From the NCBI GenBank assembly GCA_038063515.1, contig JBBTUY010000006.1, positions 26,505 through 90,504 of the forward strand: 64,000 bases of DNA, in the 5' to 3' direction. This DNA is from Patescibacteria group bacterium. GTDB lineage: Bacteria > Patescibacteriota > Minisyncoccia > Phycocordibacterales > UBA9973. The translations under genes were made by a program, and so were the position numbers. Every line of letters starts with the position of its first letter. Position 1 is the first letter of the stretch. The notes below the pieces were generated by a model. It searched no databases, was not told the DNA's origin, and was given only the letters and a program-made list of their open reading frames with translations. This document shows, in pieces, positions 1 through 9,371 of the stretch.

Positions 1-1805
1 CCAGATCCTGATACTCCAGTGATAGATGTCATAACACCAAGCGGAACTTCAACATTTAAATTATCAATGTTAAAAACTTTCCCCCCTGCTATGCGTATCA
101 CGCCCTTACTCTCACGTCTCTTTTCTGGAAGCTCTATTTTTGTTTCTCCGCGGAGGTATGAGAGCGTTCTTGAATTACTTATATTCTTCTTAGCAGTTAA
201 CAATTCATCTAAATCACCTGATACAATAACCTGCCCACCATGGACTCCGGCCTTTGGCCCTATGTCTACTATGTAGTCTGAAGCATAAATAGTATCTTCA
301 TCGTGCTCTACCACCAAAATAGTATTCCCTAAATCACGTAAATTAAGAAGGGTTTTTATGAGCCTGTCATTATCCCTCTGGTGAAGTCCTATAGTAGGCT
401 CGTCTAAGACGTACAGAGCCCCTACAAGCCTAGATCCGAGCTGGGAAGCTAGACGTATGCGTTGTGCCTCGCCACCAGATAGCGTATTGGCTTTACGAGA
501 AAGCTGTAAATAATCGAGTCCTACATCGAGCATAAACTGTAGCCGTGCTTCTATCTCCTTTACCACTGGCACAGATATTTCCTTTTCTTGATCTGAGAGT
601 TTTAAATTTTTAAAAAAATCATGTGCGTCTTTTATAGAAAGAGATGCTAGGTCTAAAATATTTACTCTTTTATTTTTTTCCCCTAATTTACTTAAAAGAA
701 ATACATTTAAGGCTTCAGGTCGAAGTCTTGCTCCGTTACATGCATCACATGGCTCATCCCCCATGAAATATTTAGAGCCGAGACCATTACATACAGGGCA
801 TGCACCATAAGGTGAATTAAAAGAAAAAAGACGTGGCTCTATTTCAGGAAAAGAAAAGCCGTCATTTTTACAAGCAAACTTTGCTGACATTATGATTTCC
901 CCAGCAGAAGAATTCTTTTTTTCAGGTCCTCGGTTCTCTGGGTCCCCTACCCCAGCCAGACCATGCAAAAAAGTATTCTTCTGCTGATTTTTTCCAAAAG
1001 TAATAATTACAAGTCCATCAGACTCTATGAGGGCTCGCTCCAATGCTTCTGATAAACGCATACGAGCACCATCTTTGTCTCCCTTAAACTCATGCATTAA
1101 AAAACGATCAACCAAAACATCTATATTGTGGGCTTTATTTTTTGATAGAGTTATCTGCTCTCGCAATTTCTTCATAACTCCATCAAGCCTAATCTCAGAA
1201 AAACCTTTACCGAGCAAATCATAAAGTAACTGATAGTACTCACCCTTTCTACCTCGTACTATTGGAGAAAAAATACTGATCTCAGTTTCATCCCATTCAA
1301 CTCCCATTACTGATTTTTTATTTTTTTTACTCTTATTCTCTTTACTTAAAGTATTTATCTTGTCTAAAATAAAATTTAGAATTTCTTCATTCGAAAGTTT
1401 CTTAATTTCTTCTCCACACTGCGGACAATGCGGATGACCAATGCGAGCATACATGACACGCAGATAGTCGTATATCTCGGTGATGGTCGCCACTGTAGAG
1501 CGAGGATTATTTGACCGTGATTTCTGGTCTATAGATATAGCAGGAGAAAGACCTGTGATCTCATCCACGTCTGGCTTTGGCATTTGGTTTAAGAACTGCC
1601 TTGCATAAGAAGACAAAGACTCCACATACCTTCTCTGCCCTTCGGCAAATATTGTGTCGAATGCAAGTGAGGATTTACCTGACCCAGAGACACCTGTAAT
1701 AACCACCATTTTATTCCTTGGCATTTCTAAGCTAATATTTTTGAGGTTATGAGTTCGTGCCCCTTTAACCACTATTTTATCTATATTTTTGTCAGTTTTA
1801 CTCAT
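1..1805 (-). CDS. uvrA: Excinuclease ABC subunit A, 5' part (runs off the window start)
   Basis: Not in the ORF track because the stop lies outside the window. Manual translation from ATG at 1805 gives MSKTDKNIDKIVVKGARTHNLKNISL...TGVSGSGKSSLAFDTIFAEGQRRYVESLSSYARQFL, with Zn-finger CPQC, FSFNSPYGACPVC and LSGGEAQRIRLA. Confidence 0.97.
   Translation of the reverse strand, partial: MSKTDKNIDKIVVKGARTHNLKNISLEMPRNKMVVITGVSGSGKSSLAFDTIFAEGQRRYVESLSSYARQFLNQMPKPDVDEITGLSPAISIDQKSRSNNPRSTVATITEIYDYLRVMYARIGHPHCPQCGEEIKKLSNEEILNFILDKINTLSKENKSKKNKKSVMGVEWDETEISIFSPIVRGRKGEYYQLLYDLLGKGFSEIRLDGVMKKLREQITLSKNKAHNIDVLVDRFLMHEFKGDKDGARMRLSEALERALIESDGLVIITFGKNQQKNTFLHGLAGVGDPENRGPEKKNSSAGEIIMSAKFACKNDGFSFPEIEPRLFSFNSPYGACPVCNGLGSKYFMGDEPCDACNGARLRPEALNVFLLSKLGEKNKRVNILDLASLSIKDAHDFFKNLKLSDQEKEISVPVVKEIEARLQFMLDVGLDYLQLSRKANTLSGGEAQRIRLASQLGSRLVGALYVLDEPTIGLHQRDNDRLIKTLLNLRDLGNTILVVEHDEDTIYASDYIVDIGPKAGVHGGQVIVSGDLDELLTAKKNISNSRTLSYLRGETKIELPEKRRESKGVIRIAGGKVFNIDNLNVEVPLGVMTSITGVSGS
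902..986. repeat. Family B palindromic element inserted in frame in uvrA
   Basis: Arms CAGCAGAAGAAT(T)CTTTTTT / AAAAAAG(T)ATTCTTCTGCTG around a core shared with the polA and rsmA copies; encodes QQKNTFLHGLAGVGDPENRGPEKKNSSA. Confidence 0.85.
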
Positions 1806-1917
1806 AAAAATAACCTGGAACGTAAGCACACCCCACTTTATTTATAGGGGGTGTATAAGAGTATTATAGCACAAAAAAGCTAGAAAGTCTTATATATTTT
1901 GAATCATTATTTAAGAT

Positions 1918-1942
1918 TTTGTAGACGTCGAACGTCTACAAA
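1918..1942. repeat. Short palindrome overlapping the uvrB stop codon
   Basis: TTTGTAGACGT-CGA-ACGTCTACAAA, perfect 11-bp stem. Confidence 0.6.
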
Positions 1943-4047
1943 GTTTTTAAACGTTCTTTTAACACTCCTATCTCATCTCTAAGTATTGCTGCAGTTTCGA
2001 AGTCGAGCTCTTTAACTGCTTTATTCATTTCCTTCTCTTTTATTTTAATTATTTTCTCATACACTAAATCATTCCTCTCACTGTCAGACATGTGCAACTT
2101 TACTTCTGTTACTCCCTTTTTCTTTGAAATTTTCATTTCATCCTTCTTTAATTCAGCAGCATATGCTTTTTTGAAAACCTCTAAATCTATAGCGAGCTCT
2201 GCATTCACAGCCTTACCGTGTTCACTTTCCAACTCTTCTGTTATATCTTTTATCTTTTTAAGTATTGTCTTTGGTGTAATGCCGTGCTTTTTATTATATG
2301 CGAGTTGAATGTCTCGGCGACGCTTTGTCTCACCCAGTGCCCGCTCCATAGAGCCAGTGAGGTTGTCAGCGTAAAGAATAACTTTTCCCTCTGAATTTCT
2401 GGCAGCACGACCTATAGTCTGAATGAGGGAGGTTTCAGAACGCAAGAAGCCTTCTTTGTCTGCATCGAGTATCCCAATCAAGGCAACTTCGGGTAAGTCG
2501 AGACCTTCGCGAAGCAAGTTCACCCCTACTAAGACATCGAAGTCCCCTTTTCTAAACTGAGTAAGGATCTTGATTCTATCCATCGTCTTTATATCACTAT
2601 GTAAGTATTCTGCTTTTATCTTTTTGTCTTTCAAATACACAGATAAATCTTCGGCCATCTTTTTAGTAAGCGTAGTAGCAAGAACTCTGAAACCCTTGCC
2701 GATAGTTTTTTCTGCCTCAGTTATAAAATCAAAAATCTGCCCCTTATAGCTAGCTTTTTCTCCTATTGGTCTTATGATTGTCTCTGGGTCTACAAGACCA
2801 GTAGGACGAATTATCTGCTCTACTATCTGCTCGCTTTCTGTACGCTCAAGCTCACTTGGTGTCGCACTTGTATAGATCACAGATTGGATGCGTTTTTTAA
2901 ATTCATCATATTTGAGAGGTCTGTTATCCTTTGCGGATGGTAAACGAAAACCATAATCCACCAGTGTCTTCTTACGAGACGCATCCCCAGCATACATACC
3001 CTGAAGTTGATGTAGTGTCACGTGTGACTCATCTATGATAGTAAGGAATCCAGTTTTAGGAAAATATGAGAGAAGTGTCTCTGGGGGCTCCCCTTCTGCC
3101 TTACCTGAGAGATGCCTAGAATAATTTTCTATGCCGTTACAGTACCCGACTTCTTTTATCATAGCCAAATCATAATTTGTTCTTCTTTTTATTCTTTCAG
3201 CTTCTAAAAGCTTGCCCTCTTTTTTGAATTTTTTTAATTGATTTTCAAGCTCACTTTTTATGACAACAAGTGCTTTTTTCTTTTTACTATCTTCGGTGAT
3301 GAAATGCTTTGCGGGAAAGATAAATATATTTTCTTCTTCACTTATAATACGTGAAGTTACCGGATCAATCTTTATTATTTTAGAAATTTTTCCTCCGAGC
3401 ATTTCGACTTGGTACATAATCTTTTCAGATACAGGCATGAATTCTACCTTAGACCCAATAGATCTAAAACTTCCAGGATTAAGGTCAGCATTTGTACGTT
3501 CAAAATGAATATTTATGAGATATTTCATGAGTGTGAGTCTGTCCATCTTCATACCAAGAGTGAGCTTTAAGTTAACCTTTTCATATTCTTCAGGACTTCC
3601 TAAACCATATATACAAGACACAGAAGCAACAATTATGACGTCAGAACGAGTGAGAAGTGCTTGAGTGCTCGCATGACGAAGCTGGTCTATTTCTTTGTTT
3701 ATAGAAGCATCCTTTTCTATATAAGTGTCGGATACAGGCATGTAGGCTTCGGGCTGATAATAATCATAGTAAGATACGAAGTAGTGCACAGCTGCATCAG
3801 GAAAAAACTGTCGAAACTCCTGAGCGAGCTGGGCAGCGAGAGTTTTATTGTGAGCTATGACGAGTGTCGGCATATTATGCTTTGCAATAACATTTGCCAT
3901 AGTAAAAGTCTTACCTGTACCCGTAGCACCGAGAAGCGTCTGTTTCTTCATCCCCTTCTCTAAACCACTAAGAAGCTTTGAAATAGCAACGGGCTGATCT
4001 CCCGCTGGCTGAAAGGGGTTATGTAAGTTAAAAATATTTTTTGACAT
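1936..4047 (-). CDS. uvrB: Excinuclease ABC subunit B
   Basis: GATGTGKTFT Walker A, YFVSYYDYYQPEAY, DESH, GLDLPEV, C-terminal UVR-like DFETAAILRDEI. Confidence 0.98.
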   Translation of the reverse strand: MSKNIFNLHNPFQPAGDQPVAISKLLSGLEKGMKKQTLLGATGTGKTFTMANVIAKHNMPTLVIAHNKTLAAQLAQEFRQFFPDAAVHYFVSYYDYYQPEAYMPVSDTYIEKDASINKEIDQLRHASTQALLTRSDVIIVASVSCIYGLGSPEEYEKVNLKLTLGMKMDRLTLMKYLINIHFERTNADLNPGSFRSIGSKVEFMPVSEKIMYQVEMLGGKISKIIKIDPVTSRIISEEENIFIFPAKHFITEDSKKKKALVVIKSELENQLKKFKKEGKLLEAERIKRRTNYDLAMIKEVGYCNGIENYSRHLSGKAEGEPPETLLSYFPKTGFLTIIDESHVTLHQLQGMYAGDASRKKTLVDYGFRLPSAKDNRPLKYDEFKKRIQSVIYTSATPSELERTESEQIVEQIIRPTGLVDPETIIRPIGEKASYKGQIFDFITEAEKTIGKGFRVLATTLTKKMAEDLSVYLKDKKIKAEYLHSDIKTMDRIKILTQFRKGDFDVLVGVNLLREGLDLPEVALIGILDADKEGFLRSETSLIQTIGRAARNSEGKVILYADNLTGSMERALGETKRRRDIQLAYNKKHGITPKTILKKIKDITEELESEHGKAVNAELAIDLEVFKKAYAAELKKDEMKISKKKGVTEVKLHMSDSERNDLVYEKIIKIKEKEMNKAVKELDFETAAILRDEIGVLKERLKTL

Positions 4048-4052
4048 ATATA

Positions 4053-4193
4053 TTACAAGAGACCTTCTGAAGTTAAATAACCATACCCATCATATACATT
4101 GTCGTATGCTTTTACAATTATCTTGTAGCTAAGAAATGAACCTACAAGAGTAATAATGAAAAAATATAAAAATGCTCTATTAAGCTTGTACAT
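4053..4193 (-). CDS. Putative 46-aa single-pass membrane peptide
   Basis: Manual translation MYKLNRAFLYFFIITLVGSFLSYKIIVKAYDNVYDGYGYLTSEGLL*; ends 5 nt before the uvrB start. Confidence 0.4.
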   Translation of the reverse strand: MYKLNRAFLYFFIITLVGSFLSYKIIVKAYDNVYDGYGYLTSEGLL

Positions 4194-4473
4194 ATGTATA
4201 AAGTTTATACAATAAACTCCTTTTTATCAAGACTGTGTTTTGTGGTTAGAAATTATGATGCAGTATTGAAGAAATAATGCCGATTGGCACACTACATCAA
4301 GAAAATGGTCAGATTCTGGAAATTACTCCTCAATCTGAACTTTTATCAGGAAAAGAAGTTACTACAAATATTAAGTTATTTCCAAAAAAAGAACGTCATT
4401 CTGAACAACAAGCTCAAGTAAAAAGAAGCTTTAATGCTGACTAAAAAAAGATACTACGAAATAAATTGTGGGA

Positions 4474-4995
4474 TTATTTCGTAGTATCCACATAAAATTT
4501 TAAAGCCTGATATTGATGTGGAAAAATCTTCTCTGGTTGTTTTTTTAACAACTTTTTAAGTTCATCGATGCTAGCCCACATGGGATCTTTGGTTTCATCT
4601 TTTTGCATCTTTGGTTCTCCTTCAACTTCACAAATAAAAACAAAACCAAACCATAACTTTCCATCATTTTCATTAAGAACCTGCTGACACATAAATGGCT
4701 GGAAAACCATTGTTTTTTCAAACTCGTCCACCCTAAAAAATCTTTCTCGAAAAAAGTTTCGGAATGCTACTACTTTTAATCCACATTCTTCCTTTACTTC
4801 ACGTGAAACTGCGTCAAATACATTTTCATAACTATCAATACGTCCTCCGGGAATTTCTAGTAAACCTGAATATTTACGAGTAATTTTTGGCTTCCAGCGT
4901 GTTTGTAAAAACACTTTTTTAACATCGCCGTCCATTCTTTCCAATATAGCAGACACAAAAATAATTGATTCGTCTCTTTGTATTTTTTTAGGCAT
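4474..4995 (-). CDS. NUDIX hydrolase
   Basis: Nudix box PGGRIDSYENVFDAVSREVKEECGL. Confidence 0.9.
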   Translation of the reverse strand: MPKKIQRDESIIFVSAILERMDGDVKKVFLQTRWKPKITRKYSGLLEIPGGRIDSYENVFDAVSREVKEECGLKVVAFRNFFRERFFRVDEFEKTMVFQPFMCQQVLNENDGKLWFGFVFICEVEGEPKMQKDETKDPMWASIDELKKLLKKQPEKIFPHQYQALKFYVDTTK

Positions 4996-5005
4996 ATAAA
5001 AAAAT

Positions 5006-5263
5006 TTATTTAATAATTTGTAAGACCCTGGCAGCTACACGTTCTGGTGAGATATCTGAAGCCCCTCTTTTATTTTCAGTTTCTCCATAATAAAATGAAT
5101 CTTCACTGTCTTTGAAACTTAAATCTACTAGAGCATCATTACGAATCATTTCTCTTCCGTAAGGATGAGTTACACGGAAAGTATTAGGACCAGACCAAAA
5201 TACAGAATTACTTAAACTAAACATAACATTAGGTGTTCCACACATACTTGAATAATGTCCCAA
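5006..5263 (-). CDS. Hypothetical protein
   Basis: 85-aa ORF with a TTG start that abuts the NUDIX gene; no recognisable motif. Confidence 0.3.
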   Translation of the reverse strand: MGHYSSMCGTPNVMFSLSNSVFWSGPNTFRVTHPYGREMIRNDALVDLSFKDSEDSFYYGETENKRGASDISPERVAARVLQIIK

Positions 5264-5436
5264 ACCTGTGTCTGGGGTTACGCTAAACGCAGTGTTTGTT
5301 CATTGTTTTCAAGCACTTTTCCAAAAATTATTCTTGATTCTAATATATTTACAATACTATATCATAGTTGTGTTAAGATATAAATTACATTTATTCTCAC
5401 CTTTAAATCTACTGAAAATAGGGGTTTGTCTCTTTG

Positions 5437-5509
5437 TGCGCCCGGTTGGGATCGAACCAACGACCTTATCCTTAAAAGGGATCTGCTCTACCGACTGAGC
5501 TACGGGCGC
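5437..5509 (-). tRNA. tRNA-Lys(TTT)
   Basis: GCGCCCG acceptor stem, anticodon loop CTTTTAA, T-arm GGTTCGATCCC; CCA not encoded. Confidence 0.95.
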
Positions 5510-5606
5510 ATTTATATATTTATATTTCTAATGAACATTTGGCTAGTAGTCAGTTGAATCCGCTACGACTGAGCTACGGGCGCGTAAAACTTATATTACC
5601 ATACTT

Positions 5607-6254
5607 TTAAAAAACTTCCAGTAAAAACTTCTCGAATACTATCTCGGCATCCTGTCCGTTTTTACGTGCTTCAGGCAGTAAGTAGCTTAGTTTTCGAGCT
5701 GAATCTTTAAGATTTTCTTCACCAAATTTAGAGAAATTCCTTTTGAATATCATATCTTTCATCTTCCAAAAAAGAACTCCAACAAGCTCTTCGAGCCCTA
5801 CACCCCTATCCACTGCCTGTCTATAATAAATCCAAAGATTTAATTTATTTCTATCTCCAAATGCATCTGCAAGCAAGAAATTGTTAAATTTTTCTTTTTT
5901 CTCTTTTGGTAATTCACTTAAAATAATCTCAGCACCCGCCTTTTCAAACTTACTAAGAATAGGCTTGAGTAATTTACTCTCTAAAAAAACAAAAGAATTC
6001 ATGGAGATCTTCATGAGGTCTAACCTTTCTAAGACAAAGTCTTCTAACTCTTTCCTCTCAAAAATGCCGGAGAAAATAACTACACACTTTTTAAAAAAGA
6101 GACCAGAACCAGAGTAAAAGCTCTCAAGCTCCAAGGGATTAAAATTATTCCTATTAATAGAAAAAACAGGGACATCACCTGGTATAGATTTTACAAATCT
6201 ATCATAGGCATCATGTTTCTTTTTAAAATCATCCCCGGCAAAAAGATATATCAT
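5607..6254 (-). CDS. holA: DNA polymerase III delta-like subunit
   Basis: N-terminal MIYLFAGDD, xLF motif (SGSGLFF), C-terminal FLLADAF and EKFLL pattern of short HolA proteins. Confidence 0.7.
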   Translation of the reverse strand: MIYLFAGDDFKKKHDAYDRFVKSIPGDVPVFSINRNNFNPLELESFYSGSGLFFKKCVVIFSGIFERKELEDFVLERLDLMKISMNSFVFLESKLLKPILSKFEKAGAEIILSELPKEKKEKFNNFLLADAFGDRNKLNLWIYYRQAVDRGVGLEELVGVLFWKMKDMIFKRNFSKFGEENLKDSARKLSYLLPEARKNGQDAEIVFEKFLLEVF

Positions 6255-6256
6255 AA

Positions 6257-6748
6257 CTAAAACTTAACTAATTTCTTGTATGCTTTATAGTGATCGCCGT
6301 ATTTTTCTTCTAAAATTTTCTCGTGTTTATCCAAGAAAACAAAATGAGTTAAAAGAAAAGAAAAGATAGTAAGTAAAACCACAAAAAAAGCATTAGTCAT
6401 AAAACCGAAACCTAAAATAAGTAGGAAAAGCCCCCAGTGCGTAGGACTTCTCGTATACACATACGGACCACGGTAAAATATTTCTTTAGTAATTTCTTTT
6501 TCGATATTATTTATATTTTTACCGAAGATGCTGTGTGAAGTCTTCTGTGCCCAGAAGATTAAAAATGTACCGAAAATAATAAGGAAAACTCCGACAGGGG
6601 TCATTAGATGATTAGGGAAAATCTCGAAATCAAAAAAGGTGTCGAGTATCACTCCAATTATAAATAAAAACAAGTACACAGCATAAGAATGCACGAGTAC
6701 TTTATGTAATTTATTACTATGAAAATGTAAGCTATTTTCATCTTTCAT
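6257..6748 (-). CDS. Isoprenylcysteine carboxyl methyltransferase / PEMT-family membrane protein
   Basis: TM helices plus GPYVYTRSPTHWG and EKILEEKYGDHYKAYKK motifs. Confidence 0.8.
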   Translation of the reverse strand: MKDENSLHFHSNKLHKVLVHSYAVYLFLFIIGVILDTFFDFEIFPNHLMTPVGVFLIIFGTFLIFWAQKTSHSIFGKNINNIEKEITKEIFYRGPYVYTRSPTHWGLFLLILGFGFMTNAFFVVLLTIFSFLLTHFVFLDKHEKILEEKYGDHYKAYKKLVKF

Positions 6749-6771
6749 AAGTATATTATAGCATAAATAGC

Positions 6772-9189
6772 CTATTTTACCTCACCGAAATTGTTACCTG
6801 AGCCGTAGTGCACTTCGAGTGGAATATCCGTCTTGTATTTGAGATATGATCTCTGTAAAACTCCCTCCATCGCATCTTTTATTATTTTACTCGATTTTTC
6901 AAGAACACTCTCTTCTATCTCATATACCAGCTCGTCATGAATCTGAAGTACAAGATGAACTTTGTCGAGAAGTCCTGCCTTTTTTAAGTCTTCATGAGTA
7001 TATCTAATAGCGAGCTTTATGATGTCAGCTGCTGTCCCCTGCACTGGAGCATTTATAGCTGTACGTTCTGCCATATTTTTCAAAAAAGGTATGCGGGAAT
7101 TTATATTTGGGAAATATCTTTTTCTTCCAAATAAAGTCTCGGTATATGTATTTTTTGTCGCCATAGCTTTTACATTTTCCAAATAGTCCCGTATCCCAGA
7201 AAACTGGTGAAAATAATTATCGTAAAATTTCTGCGCTTCTTCGCGTGTGCCACCAAGATTTTTCTTAAGCGCTGAGACTCCCATCCCGTACAAAATACCA
7301 AAGTTTATCACCTTTGCTTTTCGGCGCATCTCACTATCAACCTTATCTACAGGTACGCCAAATACAAAAGATGCCACTCCTGAGTGCACGTCCTTTCTAT
7401 CATAAAAAACTTGCGTCATTTTCTTATCTCCTGAGAGCATGGCTGCAACACGGAGCTCCACCTGAGAGTAATCAAAAGCTGAGAGCTTATAACCTTTTGG
7501 AGCTATGAAGCCATTACGAATACGCCTACCAAGCTCACTCTTAATAGGTAAGTTTTGTAAATTAGGATCAATAGAAGAAAATCTGCCAGTCGTCGTCGCA
7601 TTTTGTAAAAACTTAGAATGAAGCCTATTATCCTCTCCCGCCATTTGAGGGATGACGTCTATGTACGTAGAGAGAAGTTTTTGTAATTCTCTGTATGAGA
7701 GTATTTCTTTTATTATAGGGTTTGCTTCTTCGAGTTCTTCTAATACAGATACTTTAGTAGAGAAAGATCCACTCGCATTTTTCTTTTTACTTGTTTTAAT
7801 TCCCATCTTATCAAACAGAATTTCTCCTAATTGTTTTGGAGAATTTACGTTAAACTCTGCACCAGCTAATTTATATATCTTCGTACGAAGTTTTTCTAAC
7901 TCTTTATGATACTCTTTACTCAAAGTAGTGAAATAATTTTTATCTATTAAAATACCGTGATTTTCTATCTCTTTTACTATACCTATAATCGGATATTCTA
8001 TCTCTTCATAAACCTTTTCTAAATTCTTCTCTTTTAGTTTCTTGAAAATGTTTTCATAAGCGACATTAAAATCCTCGGTTTTTCCGAAAATAAAAATATC
8101 TTCTAATTTAGGATTACTAATATCTGAATTAACTATCCACAAAGCGATACTTGCTTCTTGAAGTTTTTGGTCAGGAGCCCTCGGAAGAAAGTTTTGGAGC
8201 TGGTCTGGCCGGGGTAGGGGCCCCGGAGAACCGAGGACCCGAGAAAACTTTGCTTCCGAGGGCTCCTGACTGCTGTTGTTAAAAAATATTTTAAGTCGTG
8301 CAAACAAGCTACGAAATTCGTATTGAATAAAAGTCTTTTCAATTTTCTTTAAGTCAGCAGCTTCCCAAAATGTTTTCTCTGGTATGGAGAATTTAATAGG
8401 CGCATCAATGCGTATTGTTGCAAGAGTTTTTGAAAACAAAGCTTCTTCTTCATTGTTCTTAATAAGCTCTACTATCCTTGGACTTAAGCCACTTTTCTTA
8501 AATTCACTTTCATCTTTCTTTATCTTTTTGTAAATTTCTTCGATCGTACCAAAATTTACAATTAAAGTCTCAGCTGTCTTCTCACCAATACCTTTGATAC
8601 CTATAATGTTATCAGACGGATCTCCGCGGAGGCCCTTATAGTCTGGCAAAAGTTTTGGTTTGAATTTAAATCTTTCCAACACTTTATCTTCATCATATAA
8701 AATAGTGTCGTTAATTCCCTTTTTCAAAGTGTAAACCTGCACCTTTTTACCATCTATTAACTGCATGGTATCCATGTCTCCTGAAGCAATTATTATCCTT
8801 ATAGTCTTGTCCTTATGATACAAGTGAACAATGGTTCCCAATATATCATCAGCTTCAAAACCCGGAGCGTCGTAAATAGGTATATTAAAAGCTTCAAAAA
8901 TATTTCGAGAGCTTTTAAGCTGGGAAATTAATGCTTCGTCGGCTTTTGCCCTGCCTGCCTTGTATTCTTTATAAGCTTCATGTCTAAAGGTTTTCTGAGG
9001 TAGGTCATAACAAGCCACTATGTAGTCCGGCTTTAGGTCTGTGATTATCTTCATAATCATCGTAGACAGACCGTAGAGAGCCCCTGTAGGCACGCCATCA
9101 GACGAGAGAAAGTCGGGTAAGGCATGATACGCCCTGTGTATTATCGCGTGTGCATCAAGCAAAACAAGTGTTTTAGTAGTTTTGTTCAT
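6772..9189 (-). CDS. polA: DNA polymerase I (5'-3' exonuclease plus polymerase)
   Basis: DAHAIIHRAYHA, EADD, GDPSDNI, TTTGRFSS, DYSQVELR, QIHDEL. Confidence 0.98.
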   Translation of the reverse strand: MNKTTKTLVLLDAHAIIHRAYHALPDFLSSDGVPTGALYGLSTMIMKIITDLKPDYIVACYDLPQKTFRHEAYKEYKAGRAKADEALISQLKSSRNIFEAFNIPIYDAPGFEADDILGTIVHLYHKDKTIRIIIASGDMDTMQLIDGKKVQVYTLKKGINDTILYDEDKVLERFKFKPKLLPDYKGLRGDPSDNIIGIKGIGEKTAETLIVNFGTIEEIYKKIKKDESEFKKSGLSPRIVELIKNNEEEALFSKTLATIRIDAPIKFSIPEKTFWEAADLKKIEKTFIQYEFRSLFARLKIFFNNSSQEPSEAKFSRVLGSPGPLPRPDQLQNFLPRAPDQKLQEASIALWIVNSDISNPKLEDIFIFGKTEDFNVAYENIFKKLKEKNLEKVYEEIEYPIIGIVKEIENHGILIDKNYFTTLSKEYHKELEKLRTKIYKLAGAEFNVNSPKQLGEILFDKMGIKTSKKKNASGSFSTKVSVLEELEEANPIIKEILSYRELQKLLSTYIDVIPQMAGEDNRLHSKFLQNATTTGRFSSIDPNLQNLPIKSELGRRIRNGFIAPKGYKLSAFDYSQVELRVAAMLSGDKKMTQVFYDRKDVHSGVASFVFGVPVDKVDSEMRRKAKVINFGILYGMGVSALKKNLGGTREEAQKFYDNYFHQFSGIRDYLENVKAMATKNTYTETLFGRKRYFPNINSRIPFLKNMAERTAINAPVQGTAADIIKLAIRYTHEDLKKAGLLDKVHLVLQIHDELVYEIEESVLEKSSKIIKDAMEGVLQRSYLKYKTDIPLEVHYGSGNNFGEVK
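8170..8270. repeat. Family B palindromic element inserted in frame in polA
   Basis: Arms GTCAGGAGCCCTCGGAAG-AAAGTTTT / AAAACTTT-G-CTTCCGAGGGCTCCTGAC; core TGGTCTGGCCGGGGTAGGGGCCCCGGAGAACCGAGGACC; encodes SQEPSEAKFSRVLGSPGPLPRPDQLQNFLPRAPD. Confidence 0.88.
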
Positions 9190-9213
9190 TATGAAAATAA
9201 TAACACTTAATGA

Positions 9214-9345
9214 TAAATTATAGAAACCTGGAAAATATAATTTTTGGAGGGGTCTCGCGGCTGTCGAGCTGAGAGTTTCAGGATTTTTTAAGCTTCAAAA
9301 AATCTGTACCGGAAAAAATTGATATTTTACAGGTTTCATAATTTA
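9214..9345 (+). repeat. Family A palindromic element, copy A1 (between divergent polA and pilB)
   Basis: Core GGAGGGGTCTCGCGGCTGTCGAGCTGAGAGTTTCAGGATTTTTTAAGCTTCAAAAAATCTGTACCG enclosed by inverted arms of about 30 bp. Confidence 0.9.
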
Positions 9346-9371
9346 CCAACTTAAGCTATAATTTATCTATT

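Noticed and set aside
902-986. In-frame inserts as group I/II introns or inteins
   Set aside because: At 85-116 bp they are too short and lack ribozyme cores or intein terminal residues.
4277-4444. 55-aa plus-strand ORF MPIGTLHQENG...
   Set aside because: No motif, SD or contextual support; cannot be told from a chance ORF.
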